Of a stretch of DNA of 49,626 bases, positions 13,610 to 27,067 are shown in pieces. The notes below the pieces were generated by a model, which saw nothing but the letters and a program-made list of their open reading frames with translations, was not told where the DNA came from and ran no database searches. Positions within the stretch are counted from its first letter, which is position 1. Each line of letters opens with the position of its first letter. Position numbers and translations under genes: made by a program. Source of the stretch: Atractiella rhizophila (lineage: Eukaryota); NCBI GenBank assembly GCA_021432655.1, contig MU271529.1, positions 1 through 49,626 on the forward strand. The letters are read 5' to 3'.

Positions 13610-15310
13610 CTTGCTATCTTTGGCAAGTGCAAGTTCAAGTTGTCAAAGACTGGAACAAAAAGGTGGCCGGGACAGGTGGACTGGCTGGCCTTTTATGTAT
13701 GCATGGTTCAGGCCAAAAGTTCCGAGAGGACATCTCCTAGTTCTCAACCTAACCTCAACCTGGAGACAAGCTGATGTGGCGGCCTTGATTGAAAGCGAGT
13801 CCAAATGACGGTTCCGAAATCGAACAAAACCTAATTTCTTTATCTCCAGCTGTCTTGTTCGCCGTCGGCTCGTTAACTCCTCAAACGTCCTCGGAGCGAG
13901 ATCCATTCTTGTTGTCAACCAGTCCAGCCCAGTCAACAAAGGCAAGGCAAGCAGGGGTTCATGGATAGTCAGATTCTGGAAAAGGACCCTCCGCTAGAAA
14001 CGGTGTCTTTTGGACCGGCAGAATAGCAAGAGTAGGTTCGATGTTGCACATGCTGCTCTCTCATGAATACTTCTGGAACGAATTACGAGCCAGGAAATTA
14101 GACGCTCAATAATCCCCGTTAGTGAGGAACGGATGAGAGAATTGCATGCGTTCGGGAAAACATCTACCCCGTAATCCAACGGTCACTGATTGAGTGTATG
14201 ACTGAATGAAGATAGCGAAAAGGAGAGCCGAGAAGGCATCGAGATGGACAAAGGGAGTAGAGGAGAAGTTAGTCCCACGATAGCGGATTCGGTTCGCAAC
14301 AACGTTCAATCTGCTCGGATTATCCGTGAAAATCCTACGGACAACTGACCGAGCTGCGAGCTGCGGCACTACTTGCCGAGCTAGATTTAATTGCGCCGAA
14401 GCCAAGCGCTCCAGCACCCTGTCCAGTGCAGTCCTGTGTCGTAGTCATTCCCCTAATTTGGACGATGATCTCTTCCATTCCATGCCAATGACGACACAAA
14501 GGGTAGAATGCACCGAAGCAGCAGATGCAGCAGAACAATAACTGCAGCGAAGGCGTCAACGATGCAGGCACACGGGCGTGAAAGCGAGTGGGCCTTCTCA
14601 TCAGCTTCCCCGACTCCGAAGAGTGAGATGAAACTTGCAAATCATAAATAGCGAATAGCGAAGCTGTCAACCATAGACCCAAACCAGAGTCGACAACCGA
14701 CATTGAAGCACTGAACATCGTGGAGGCGGAGCTCTTCCGGCCTTCCCATCTCTCGCGTCGGAGCGGAACAGAAAGCACCACGCAGCACCACACACCAAAC
14801 ACGAAGATTGCCCTAGAGCGATGTCAAGCAGAGTGCCTCGGGTCTGCCCATCACCTCCTGTCTGTTCTCGCCGTGTTGGCACTGTGTTTATGTCGGGGTG
14901 TTCACCACTTTCGTGATGGCTAAGTTCAAGTTTAGGGTCGCTTTCCATCCGCGCCCGTCTGTGCAGCGTCGATGGCTCACTTCGATGAGAAAAGCACGTT
15001 TGGCAGCACAACGTGTTCGGACCGTTCGGTGGCTTTTGCGAAAGCTCGGGACGAAGTGGGATGGTGATGATGAGGTCAACCGTCCGAGGTAAATTAAAAT
15101 GCGTTTTGGGACGCAATAAACGAATTATTGGCAAAAAAGTTCCTAGTACATCCGTCAAGAGATGGCCTCGGCAAGAGTGACATGCGCACTTCAATTCATC
15201 ACGACTCACTCAGCGAGATGGACCACGATGATCGCCGTTTCCGCTTCAGCTGAAAAAATCTTCTGAAAGTGAAAGAAAGAGAGCGTGACCTGGTGTGACG
15301 GAGGAACTGA

Positions 15311-17071
15311 TCAGAATTCCAAATCCTTCTTAGTAACAGCCGGTTTCGCATCTGCAAACCGTATCGTCCTCCTCTCCTTCTTCACCTCCTCCTCGATGCC
15401 AATCCGCACCGTCTCCCTACCTTTCGCGCCTCTCCCACCATCCTCCCGTTCCTCCTCCTCCATATCCCTCATCCTAATATCATTCCATCTCTCCGGCTTC
15501 CTCTCCAACCCTCTCCCTTTCCTCTTCTTCTCTTCTTTCTCCTTCGGCACGCTCCTAACCCCTCCTCCACCACCTTCAGGCTCAACGTCCAACTGCATCA
15601 CCTCAATAGCCACCCTCCTCCGTTTGACCTTCCAGACCAAATCTCCACCAGTGGCGCCAAACCCAGACCCGCCTGTGCCGCCTGTCTTGTGGGAGGAAGA
15701 GGAAGGCGCGGAACCGAGAAGGAAGGAAAGTTTATAAGCAGGAGGGAGAAGAGAGTGAGGCGTGGGTAGACGAAGGGGACGAAGGAGGCCGGTCGAGTGA
15801 GAGGCAAATGGCGTTGAAGTCAGTAACATCGACAACGTCGGAGACGCTATGCTCGTGTTAAGCATGGACTGACGAGAAGGAGTGGATGCTTACTTGCCGC
15901 ATCGTGGAGGGAGATTGTTGAATCTGCGACGTGAGAAAGTCGCTTCAGCAGCGCCTCAGAATCTGGAATCAGTTTTGGAGGGACTGTTACGAGCGCACAA
16001 CAGTGCGAAGGCGAGCTTTTGAGTGCGTGGGAGAGCCGGGAGAGAAAGAGGTAGAGTTCCTAGAAAGAAGAGTCAGTGCTACGATAGGACGATAGCAGAG
16101 AGGTGTAGCTAGCGCACACGAGGAGAGGAATGGTCCCACATTGGATGACCTAGGGATTTAACGCATATTCTTATAATCTCTTCAGATCGCGCACTGTTTG
16201 CTTACCAAGAAATGTCAGTACATCCATTGACGATTCAATATTATTATACATTGTAGATTGCGTGTGCTGTGAGCTTATCGCTTAACATTCGGAAGCATAA
16301 GAATCAAAGCGAGCTCTTAGATTATAGTCTTGTCATCGAGGGACAATCAACAAAATAATCACCCCAATCAGCTAGACCTGTCCGCAATCGAGCTTTAATT
16401 CTACAGCAAAGTGTCTCGACACCATGCATACATTGAATGACGAGCAATCTCACGACGATCGAAACTTATGCTCATCGACAAACAGCATGGCAGGCTAGGA
16501 GCTTTGCACGTGAAGTGGAAAGGACATGTAACCTTCCCTCAGAAATAATTCAGAGAACTCACCTTTTCAGACGTTGCGTTAATTCGTTCGAAGCAGCCTC
16601 CATGCCACCGTCCCAATTGATGACATTTTCCAACTTCTTCCCCTTCATGCTAATATCCCACTCTCCACCCCCGATCCCACTTTGAACTTTCTTCAATCCC
16701 TCATACCGAAATGCGATCTGCATATTCTCCTTCTTCTCTTCACCCTCCTCTCCTTCTCCTTCCTGTTCTCCTCCTCGCTTCCCATACCCAGTCTCCGCCT
16801 CACCTACGCAGATCACCGTTCCGTCGAGAGCAGCTTGAGAGACAAAGTATCGGCGAAGGAGGGAGGACAATGAATCAAGGTTGTCTTCGAGAACAAGAAG
16901 CATGGAACGCGTAGGGATACCAGTGCCACTGAGCAGATCGTCGAGGGATGGAAGGCCCGTGAGATGCGTGAGGTGGGAATTGTAGGGATTCGAAATTAAG
17001 CCGGGCTGCAGCGGAGGCGTTGTGACACTGGCATTGGTACTGCTTGTAGCTTGCTTGCGTACGAAAGGCAT
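15311..17071 (-). CDS. ELP4: Elongator complex subunit Elp4 (PAXNEB family)
   Basis: TGLPSLDDLLSGTGIP, LLVLED, RYFVSQ, MQIAFRY, IIRICVKSLGHPMW, HSTGLLR, DLVWKVKRRRVAIE, C-terminal DLEF*; includes one 369-nt intron. Confidence 0.88.
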
Positions 17072-18702
17072 GTTGCCTGCAATAGCATAAATGGCGACAG
17101 TAAAATGAAGTTGCAGGTATTCAGATAGAGTTTACTGCGCACAACCAAATAAAGTAAGCTGGCAAAGTGGCTATGAATTTTTTTCTCGTGTTGTGATAAA
17201 TACACTATTGTAGACATGGACTATTACTGGATAGCGAAGTTACATACCAATTAACTCTAACAGGAATCGTGCCTTGTACAGAGAACTCAATCTCCCAATA
17301 ATCAGTTCTCCGCAAAGGTTTCCAATCCTCTGCCTGGCGCATCGAAGAAAAGTTGGGGCTCAATGTAAGGGAGATACAGGGGAAAATTCTTTATTGATAA
17401 TCTATTAACAACCATTCTCTGGGTCACGGTTTGATGAACGGAAAAAGTTCCTTGGCTGCGATATGATGTTATCATTTGGTACCCTCTTGGTGTCACTTCC
17501 GCTAACTAATTTTCAGCGTCCCAGGCTACCGCCGACATCGGGACGTTATCCAAATGTATCCGGTTCTTCGCACTTACAGAGCTAGCACAATTCCATTCTC
17601 TTCTTCCTTTCCATTCTCTTTGACCTTACTTCGTTTCACATCCTTCCCTAACGCTTCTGGATACTCTTTCAAACGACACAACCCAGAGCGATGTGGAAGG
17701 TTATTGCCTGAAGAAACCTTTCCACTCATAACCAATTCTTCGCAACAGCACAACGACCACCATGATATTCGACTTTTGTTTCAAGCCGCTCCATCACCTC
17801 AGAAGAAACACACCTCTAATCACTACACGAGAGACTGATGCTTCTGCGCTTCTCCATCTCAAGCTTTCAAGTTGCGGTCGTAATTCTGGGCTGTTTCTGT
17901 CCACATCCTTCGACAACCACGGCAATTGATATCGACCAAGGTTACTTCCGAAACAATATAAAATCTCTGCCAAACTGAACAAACCTTCCACTGATAACTC
18001 ATTTTCGGGACGACAATAAGGATATCAAGGTGGCCGACGTTGCGACTAGGTCCCGGCTTGATGAGAAATGAGAGAATGAGAGCAAAGAAGCAGGAGTTAT
18101 TGTTGCTAGTATTGACGCTGTAGGATCAAGTGTGGAGTCCAACGGTCATTGTTTATTTTAGTCATCTATTAGAGAGATCTGAGAGGTGCTTCTTTACAAT
18201 GCACAATGACAACATACGAAATAGCGAACAAGAATCGCCACATAATTTTGTCTCCAGCGCACGCAACATGAAAACATATGTCCGTCCGTAACATGTCAGC
18301 TCGTCGATATCGATGATCACAAGCCCCGATTGACGGGCTTGACCTGAATGGCCAGTGACTTTGACGACAACGTGTTGAGCACCAGCGTTCCCGTAACTTT
18401 GGAACGAGCCAAAAAGGCATCAGCGTCGCCGTGCGACAGACTGCTTTAGTGGATTCTAGCGCAGAGAGTTTATCGCTCTCATCGATGGAGCGATGTTAGC
18501 ACTGCACAGAACAGGCCACTTCCCTAGCTCTAGCCACCCCATTCTCCTAAACTACTCACGAGCGTCCCCATGTCGCCCATTCTCCCCACCTATCCTACAG
18601 TATTAAGTAGGTCAAGTTAATAGGTTACATGATGAACGTCGCTGACAGAAGAAAGTTTGAGATGCTCGGGCCGGATGAACACACAGGGAAACGCCCAGGT
18701 CG

Positions 18703-18809
18703 GCCAAGGAGGTGCCTATTCTTGGCGTTGGCTTAGGCGCAAGACTCTCGGCCTGCCAAGCGCCAAGTTGATTTACAGTTTTCAGGCTCATTTCCCAGTT
18801 GTGCTTGGC
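18703..18809. promoter_or_regulatory. Cluster of five GCCAAG (PacC/Rim101 consensus GCCARG) sites upstream of pacC
   Basis: GCCAAG at 18703, 18755, 18762 (+) and CTTGGC at 18721, 18804 (-), about 110-210 nt upstream of ATG 18916. Confidence 0.7.
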
Positions 18810-18915
18810 AATCCTGATCTTATAAAGGTTGCCGCCTCGCCCAGCTCCCCAGAATTTATCAACGAAATTATCGTCAAAATTGTTGCTCCACGTCGTCAAC
18901 CAGAGAATTAGAGAG

Positions 18916-21202
18916 ATGGAGAGCAACACCCAGGCTCAGAAGAAACAGAAGATCTTGGAATGCCAGTGGGAGGGGTGTCAGTTGACCTACGAGGACCCGT
19001 CAGTCCCTTTTTTTCCTCGACCCCTTTGTTGGCCTGGGATGCTGATTGGTTGGGGACACAGGGAATTGCTATACATTCATCTTTGCAACGATCATGTGGG
19101 ACGGAAGTCGACTAACAACCTATGCTTGACTTGCAAATGGAAGGACTGCGAAGTTACATGCATCAAGAGGGACCACATTACCTCTCACCTTCGTGTACAC
19201 ACTCCCCTCAAGCCACACGCATGCGAGGTTCGTCTTCTAGCTTAAAGTAAAGAGGAACGTACACTGATCGTACTGACGGGATATAGATTTGCTCAAAAGC
19301 CTTCAAACGACCTCAGGATCTAAAAAAGCACGAAAAGATCCATACTGAAGAGCACCACCTCAACCATAAGCATTCGAAAGCCGTCACCGTCCCTGATACG
19401 CATCGAATCGCTCGTGCGAACAGCAGACCTGCCTCTTCTGAAACGCCAACGACATCTGCACCGAATGTTCCCGCTTTTGCCCATCCCTACCACCTTCCGG
19501 GTAAACTTTTCCGGCTTGCTCTCTCGTGCAATGCAAGTGACTGATTGATGAATTGGTAGGCTACTGTCCCTATCCTCACTTCCCACATCCTCACGCCGCT
19601 CCAACCGCTCAGTCCCTGGCCTCCATCGTCGCCCACCAACAGCAACTCAATGCCGTCACTCAGGCTCATCTCCTCGGGATGCAACGATCCGCTCTTGCGA
19701 GCGGTCTCCCACCGTACGGTGCTGCAGGGATGTTTGGATTTAACGCACACTCATATCCGCTTGGTGTCGACCCCACAATGGCAGGCATGGGAATTGGCCT
19801 GTACCCTGCTCTTTCTGGCGGACCATTGAGCAACCCGGTTGGTCTCGGCATGACTGCAATCCCCGGTGCCGGTATTGGTGGAAGAAGCGTCTCGCCGCAG
19901 GAGATAGGAAGTGAGGAGGGAGAGGAGAATATGAGTACTGGCGTAAAGAGGAAGAAGAGGAGCTTCCATGCTGATGCTGTCGCAGCGGAAGAGTTGTTGG
20001 GCGAAATCAAGAGGAAGAGATTGAGCAAGGACCACTCCAAAGAAGGTGCATTTTTAAATCGCTTTTACAATTTGTCAACATTACTAACCAATTTGGTCTC
20101 AGTGGCGAACGGGATGGACGCTATTTCGCTCTTGTTGGGCAACCCACACCCAGAGCTCATCCCAGGTCTACCGTCGCATCCTTCAGATGGTTCTGCATCG
20201 ACTCCCTCGACCTCCTCTCTCACAGGTGATGGAAACTCGCCGCTCAACGACGTGATGCCGGATCTGAAAGCATCAGACATGGACTCCTTGAACAACATCC
20301 TGCTTTCCATCGGCCGCTCATACGAGTCCAACGCACAGGCGCACGGCTTCGACGGACTCGATTCCCTCGATCATGGGTCTCGGGAAGAACACTCCCCTTC
20401 GTCTCATTCTCAGTCCTCTCCTCCAACAATCTCCAGTCTCTATCCGAACTTCGATGGACTACCGAATCTTCTCAACGGACAAAGAGGGCTTCCTTTCCCC
20501 TACGGCCATCATGGAGGAGACATCAAGCTATCTAGGCCTCTCGCAGGTCCTTCCATCGCAACACTCGATCCCTACCTCTCATCTCAAGATGGACGCAAGA
20601 TTGCGACACTCGGAGAAGCTCGCCCAGAAGACAATGATAAGATGGAAGTCGAGCTTCCTCCGATTGTCTCAGCCGGCGAGAAGGAGGGCAAAGGAACTAG
20701 GCTCCCCAGTTTGAAAGACTGGTATAAGGAGAATGGGACCGGAGAACGGTTCGAAAAGGAGCTCTATCCGTCCCTTTCGAGTCCTACGAGCGCAATTCTC
20801 TCCAGACCGTCCACTGCTGCTTCACCGTCGCCTTCGGCAGAACTGAGCAAGAAGGTCGATTCAATGGACCTTGACCATGTCGATTCTCCGCCTACTCCGG
20901 CGACAACTGCGAGTGGAACGGGCAAGAAGCATACTCACGAAGAAATCGAGGAGGGTTCGGAAATGGAGGTTGAGGAAGAGGGGTTGGAGAGGAAGAGGTT
21001 GAAGGTGAAAGAAGCGCAGGAGGAGGAGGAGAGGAAGAAGAAGCTCGAGGTCGTCACGATGCTCATCGTTAAGCTCAACGAGGCATGGAGGGCTGAGCTG
21101 GAGAGGAGGAGGAAGGAAGAGGAGAGGAAGCTGAAGGAGGGAAGGAAGGAAGTGAAGATTGAAGATGTGGAGAGCGTGAGCGTCAGGATTCCGGTCTCGT
21201 GA
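18916..21202 (+). CDS. pacC: pH-response C2H2 zinc-finger transcription factor PacC/Rim101 (true start may lie further upstream)
   Basis: Three fingers CQWEGC...[27 protein letters not shown]...[40 protein letters not shown], the diagnostic PacC/Rim101 signature; YPxL motifs in the C-terminal half. Confidence 0.95.
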
Positions 21203-21715
21203 AAAGAAAGTATTTAGTGCATGGGCTGGTTGACTTTCGTTCGTCCTTCATTGTCTCATTCCGTCGATGTGTTTTTGTCTTGCTTCGATATTCAGGTGTC
21301 TCTCACGTCCTTTCGTTCCCTATTTCTAATCATCTGCCTCCATATCGAATGTATCCTAGGTTGTATGTGTAAAATCAACAGGAATAAATACGTTGTTAAT
21401 AATATCACGATTCCTCGAAAATATGGACTCTGAACGACCAAGACATCCACCACACTATCATACCATATTAAGCGAGTCCTTCAAAAGTCACTAGTCAACT
21501 TCAAGCGGTTGGAGCATGACGTAAGGGGGCCTTTCCAAATATTTAAGACAACTGGTGATCAGGGCTTCTTGTTCATCACGGACAACGTTGCTGGTGCCTA
21601 TACGGGATATCTCAAGGGTTTTGACTATGATGTTGTGTACGCCTTTACTTTAAAATTCACAACAGCAGTCATCACCATCTCGAGAATATGAGCGAGCTTG
21701 CTGGCTCGGACCAAG

Positions 21716-22211
21716 CTACACGTTCTTTTGACATAACACTTCGACATTTATGCCATCAGGGTCGAGCAGATAAGCGGCTACTCTTTCTGTCAGTTTGATC
21801 ATCAAGATATGGATGTCGAAACACGGACCATAATAGTGCGGTCCGTATATGTCTCTTAGACCTGGTTTCCCTGGAACGCCCTTACATCAGCAATTATCAG
21901 GGTTCAAGGAGATTCAGCGGACCATTGTCTGTTCCGCCTGCCTTCAATCCAAGTTTATGAAAGGCATCTACTTCCTCCCTCTCTTTCGCAACGAATGCGT
22001 AGTGGAGGCCTTGAGCAACCTCAGCCTTATTCTCAAAAAGCCAAAACGCTGGTTCTTCGCCTTCGGGTAGATCCTTTGGCGCGTATCCAACTACTTTCCC
22101 GTCGTTGTAGACAGTGTGCTTTATGTAGGAGATGGATGAGAGAGCGGCAGTATAGAACTTGACGGATTTGGTGATGGAGCTGACGTTGATACAGAGGTGA
22201 CTGAGCGTCAT
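21716..22211 (-). CDS. Glyoxalase/bleomycin-resistance (VOC) family protein, 3 exons
   Basis: SHLCINVS..KSVKFY, LHYAFVAKEREEVDAFH..GLKAGGTDNG-KPGLRDIYGPHYY-AAYLLDPDGINVEVLC. Confidence 0.88.
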
Positions 22212-22635
22212 CGCGTCAGAACTGAGAAGCTGACAAGCCTGAGTCTGAATGTTGGTCGCAGAGTCGCAGGCTGAAGATGAGCGAAGGGGAGGATATCCTA
22301 CTGACAGAACCTGAACTGATAACCACCCCTTTATATATTCGAAGAGTGAAGTGTAGTACCTGATGGGGGATGGAAATGTTAGAAGAAATCTTACCGTCGC
22401 GGTCAGCTAACGTGGAGCTCCGGCTCTATCATTGTTCGTTCGGAGTTATAGTTGAGAGTCACCAAGATCATCACAAGAATCAAGAACATTGACATATTAT
22501 TGCAGCCTGGGATTGATATTGTCCTCTTTGCTCATTAATGCGGTGTGATGCAGTGTAGGATTAAAACAAGACGCGCTGGTAGTACACATTACTGTTACTG
22601 AGAAAACACATCGTCAATAAATGAATAGGAAACGA

Positions 22636-25600
22636 TCACGAGAAAAAACTCCTTGAAGTAGCCGCTCGAACGAGTCCGGTTCCAGGAAGAAGGCTATCCA
22701 TGACAGAAGCCTTTTTAGTCGCACCGACAGGTGCGCCAGGTATGCGATAGGATGTCAGCTCAGGCAGTGGCGGAGGCAGCTTCGGCGTCTTCTCGAGTAA
22801 GCTGGGAAGACGCGGCCCACTGACAGCCAGATTTCTGTACATTTCGTCTTCCAGCTGCACCCTAGCTCGTGAGAACTCGAGAAGAGCCTTCTGGTGGAAT
22901 TCGATCTGCGAGTCTAAATATTCTTTGACAAAAATGCGGATGTCTTCCGAGTGCTCTGAATGCGATCGCGAAATTTCTGACATCGCGATATTAAGAATAG
23001 TTTCGTTCCGGCTGCTCATGCCCTCATTCGGTGAGGGAGCGACTGAAACGCGGTTATTCGCTCGTAGGTATGAATCTTCTTCGTCAAGTTCTTCATTGAG
23101 GTTGAGAGCAGACCGTGCCACATCAATCAATGAGGCATGATGAGAATGATGAGAATGAGGATATGCGACATCCCGAAGGACCTCTTGGACGGACAGCAGT
23201 GCTGAAGCTGCATTCTGTTCGTATAACTGAGCAACCTTCTCTGTTGCTTCTGCAGACTCTTGCAGTGCTTTGGAAGCACTTAGACAGTCTGTCATTTTCG
23301 GATTAAGCGCTGAATCGCTGAGTTAATTCAATGGCTTACCATCACACTTCTCCCGCCAACACCAAGCACCATCCTCATTTTGGAGCCTGAGATTCCTTGC
23401 TCGGATGCGTTGCTTCTCCAAAGAATCCATGGCAGCTTTATCAGAATCTGATTCATCGTGTTCAGGTATCGTTGGGGTCCCTTCTGGGGGAAGAGACAAG
23501 CCAGAGCTCATCTTGACCATGTTGTGCGCCAGAAGGCGCAGATCACTGGAGGTAGCTGCGCATGCTTGAGACTAAGTATAAGCGGAAAATAAAACATACC
23601 TCGCATCGATGCCCTTAACAAACCTGTCTGGTCAATGGCATCTCGCACTCCGCCGCCTTTCTCGACGTTGTGGGCAAAGCTGGTAAACCGATCTAAGGTT
23701 TCCTTCGCCTCCATGGGATCGACATTGAAATCGGGGTGATTCACGTCTGTCATCCATCTCCGCTTCGGGTTAGCTTTCATGACATCTTCTAACTTCTTCA
23801 TTTCGGCTTGGAATTGCTAGAGAGCACGTTAGCCGGAGATTAGTTTTAAGGATGACAACAGACCTCTCTATCTTCCATCTCTAGAAACAGCTTCAACCCC
23901 TCACTAGCCCTCAATACTGGGTGTCGAACGACCCGGCGTATGAAACACCTTAGATCTCGTCTTCTTGCCTCCACGAAATCTGACCTAAACCGTCCAGTAT
24001 ATTGTTTGCTAGGAAGAGGAGGGATGATAAGAGTTGAAAAGCTCTTGATGAGATAGTTATGCAGCTTGACGAAGTCGTTGAACCTCCGCTCGACCGTTAT
24101 GATCTCTTCTTCGTATTCCGAAGATACTTGAAATATAGTATACTCCTTACTTCCATGGGCGCTTCGTTTGGACGGGGAATGGACGTCGACCTCGAAATAA
24201 GCAACTACCTCCCTCCAACTAGGGCCTTGCTCTATCCACCATTTTTCATCGCTCTCTGCTTCTGGACTTCCGTTGCGCACCCATTCATCCGCGCCACTGT
24301 CTTCCCATCCGCCTGGAACGTAGGCACCAGTGAGATATTTGAACGTGCTCTGCACAATACCAGGAGATTGGCGCGATTTTGACAAGGCTGGTTTAACTGG
24401 AGGTTGGAAGCAAGCCGCTTCTGGAGTGGTGTTCTGAGAGAAATAAATAGGAACAGATTGTGCTCCGGTGGCTGTAGATAAGGAAGAGACGAGGTTTTTC
24501 ACACCCAAGGAAGGTATTGAAAGCGTAGAACCACCTGTCGCCTGCCGCTCTGGATCGCTCATTGACCTTTCCGACCACTAATATTCATGAATTTCTGCTT
24601 TCAAATCGAATGTGTGACTTACGGCGCTATCCCCCGCTGTCGATATGCTGTTGATCCTGCTACCCGGGACCCATCCCTCGATCTTAACGCTTCCTTCGCT
24701 TGGGGCAGGCGGGCGCATCTCTTGTATGAACGTGTACCATCCACGAGGTATGAGCCCTCTTTCTCCTTCGCCCTCTCCAATGCCTTCGACGTAGCCCAAA
24801 CTCCAGCTCCCGCCAAGATTTTCAACTTCGATTTGTAGAATCTTATTCGCAGAGAACGCCAACTCGCCAAAACTAGATTCCCCACTAAAGGAAAACAAGG
24901 CTCGTGCGGGACGTGGAGGGGGAAGATCTTGAGCAGTCGTAGGGAATGGAGCCGTTGGCAGAGGGGATGGAGATTGAAGCGACTGTAAGTCTGGAACTTG
25001 ATGATCGGTTTCTAATAGTGGCTCATCTAGGAACTCCTCGCTGGATTCTGTAGCGGTAGGCTCCATGTCAGCGGACGGCGGGAGGACCACTGTGAGGGTG
25101 TCTGGAGAAGCTTGTAAGGGATGAGGAATGGTACTCTCTTTGAGTAAGGGATGGGTCCGATCTGCTTCTACCTCTAGTTGTAGATCAGAAATGAGGTCTG
25201 TGGCGGTTTCACCATCAATGCTGTCATTCGGTACAGACGATCGTTCAACAGGTCGTCTGAAATTGCTGACACTGTCTTCAGGAAAGATACTATCTTCTCG
25301 AGGTATGTGCCTTGGACGATCGACTTCAAGTTGTTCAGATGGCGGGTTTCCGTTATGAACTGTTGCAGTAGTAACAGCGAAGGTAGACTGAGGCGCGGTA
25401 GCGTAGCCGTCTTCATCAGTAACCGTTTCGCTAGAATACACTGATTGCTTAGGAGATCGATGTTGATGTGGAGAGTCGACTGGGGAGGAAGTATCAGTCG
25501 TAGGATGAAGTTCAGCCAACACTTCTGCGAAGGACCGCCCCTCGCCTCGTGTTTTGCCCTCTCTGTGCTCGATTTGCGCCTCGCGGGAGGGAGACGGTGG

Positions 25601-25705
25601 ATCCTCCTCCGCTATTGCGGCATGCTTCTCGTCAGGTGAAGGTGGGTTGGTAAATGTGTTGTCTGAATCCAAGGCTTGCATTTCCTTTAATAGATCACCT
25701 AGGAC
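22636..25705 (-). CDS. SH3-PX-BAR sorting nexin (SNX9/18/33-like); 5' end uncertain (ATG 25681 or spliced to upstream ORF)
   Basis: SH3 ARALFSFSG..ELAF..GSWSLG..RGLIPRGWY; PX VERRFNDFVKLH..IPPLPSKQYTGRF..FVEARRRDL..RHPVL; C-terminal helical BAR-like region EYLDSQIEFHQK. Confidence 0.85.
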
Positions 25706-26076
25706 CTACAAAACAATTTCACGTCAATGCTATAGTCCAAAAATAATATCGCAACTCTGTGTAAGGATAACAGGAAGCCATTGCGTTCCCATTAAAACTA
25801 TATCGAACCAGTCCGCGTACCTTGAAAGTACATTCCAACGGATTAAACAGAGCAAGTTAACAATGTCATAAATAATGATCAAATTTTTATCAAAGTGTAC
25901 ATCTCCCTTCTGTACGACAATTCGTTCACATGGATCTGCAACGCTGGAGAGGACAAAAAAAAGTAATGAAGCTCCAGCCGCCATAAGGCATTCATCGTCT
26001 TCATGAAAAGAATAGAAATCAATGGGCATCTCACTTTGGAAGATGACAAGCCGTTCTCAACCACACTTTCGTGCAT

Positions 26077-27067
26077 CTATAACGTGCTCCTCAACTATTC
26101 ATGCACACAGCTGGAGGTAATGAACCAACACAGACAAAGTCCTATCCCGCGCCTCACAGAAATAGATGCTCACCAAAACCGTATCCCTCACTCTCCCCTT
26201 TTTCAGACTGGCCAACACGCTCTTCCTCGCCACTTCCTGCTTCACACTACCTTTCCCATTCTTCCCTCGCGACGCGTACCTCTCCCTTCTGCTTAAAGTG
26301 CTCCCTTTCCTCTTAGGACCTTTGATCGTCCGCGGCGCTTCTTCTTCTTCGGCATCAGCATCTGCAGAGGCGTCGGGGGGTAGTGATCGGTTGTGCGAGG
26401 TAGGAGAATCTGAGGGGATGATGGTCTTTGTCGATGACGAGGTTGGGATCGAATTGGATGTCGATGGTGATGTTGTGTTGGAGGTGTTAGAGGTTGGAAG
26501 AGGGGAAAATAGGTCCTTGAAAGGCGACTGATCGAACGTCATCGCTCTGCCCGCACCTCTCTTTGGCAGATCCTGCAGAGCTGGAGAAGGGATGGGCGAC
26601 GAAGGAGAAGTAGGAGAAGGGGCGTCCCATATCGTCTCTCTCCGTTTCCCTACAGGTCTCTTTCCCTTCCTTCCATCCTCCTTTTCCGGTTCAACATCGA
26701 CCTCAACCTTATCCCACAAGCTCTTCAAATCCCCCACACCCCTCTGCGCACCTCCGGTCTTCCCTCCAATCACTCCGACCTTCTTAGAAGGAGCAGGGGC
26801 GAACCGAGACTCCCACATCTCCCTCTGCTTCCGAACCGTGCCTTCCCACCCTTCCTCCCTGCTCTTCCCTTTCAACGTACCCAACACCGACTCTCCCTCG
26901 CCTTCAGAAGCATCGGAGAAGAACTCCTCGCCGTCGGAGGTGTCTGAGGAGATGGGTGAGGAAGTGAGGCCTTGCTGCATGTTGGACCCGGTGATGCGGG
27001 AGACGGTGAGATGGAGTGGCTTGGGGGGCGGAGGAGGCCCGCGAAGGGTGGAGTAGCGAGAGTCCAT
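26077..27067 (-). CDS. Low-complexity Pro/Ser-rich hypothetical protein (possibly the N-terminal exon of the sorting nexin)
   Basis: Open frame of about 300 codons from MDSRYSTLRGPPPPPKP; donor GTGAGC at 26173; short terminal exon 26094-26077 or distal acceptor at 25706. Confidence 0.6.

Noticed and set aside
13640..15250. Numerous 60-180 aa ORFs between the TF and ELP4
   Set aside because: Overlapping frames with no domain signal; more likely the long promoter/5' UTR of the Zn2Cys6 TF and the ELP4 3' region.
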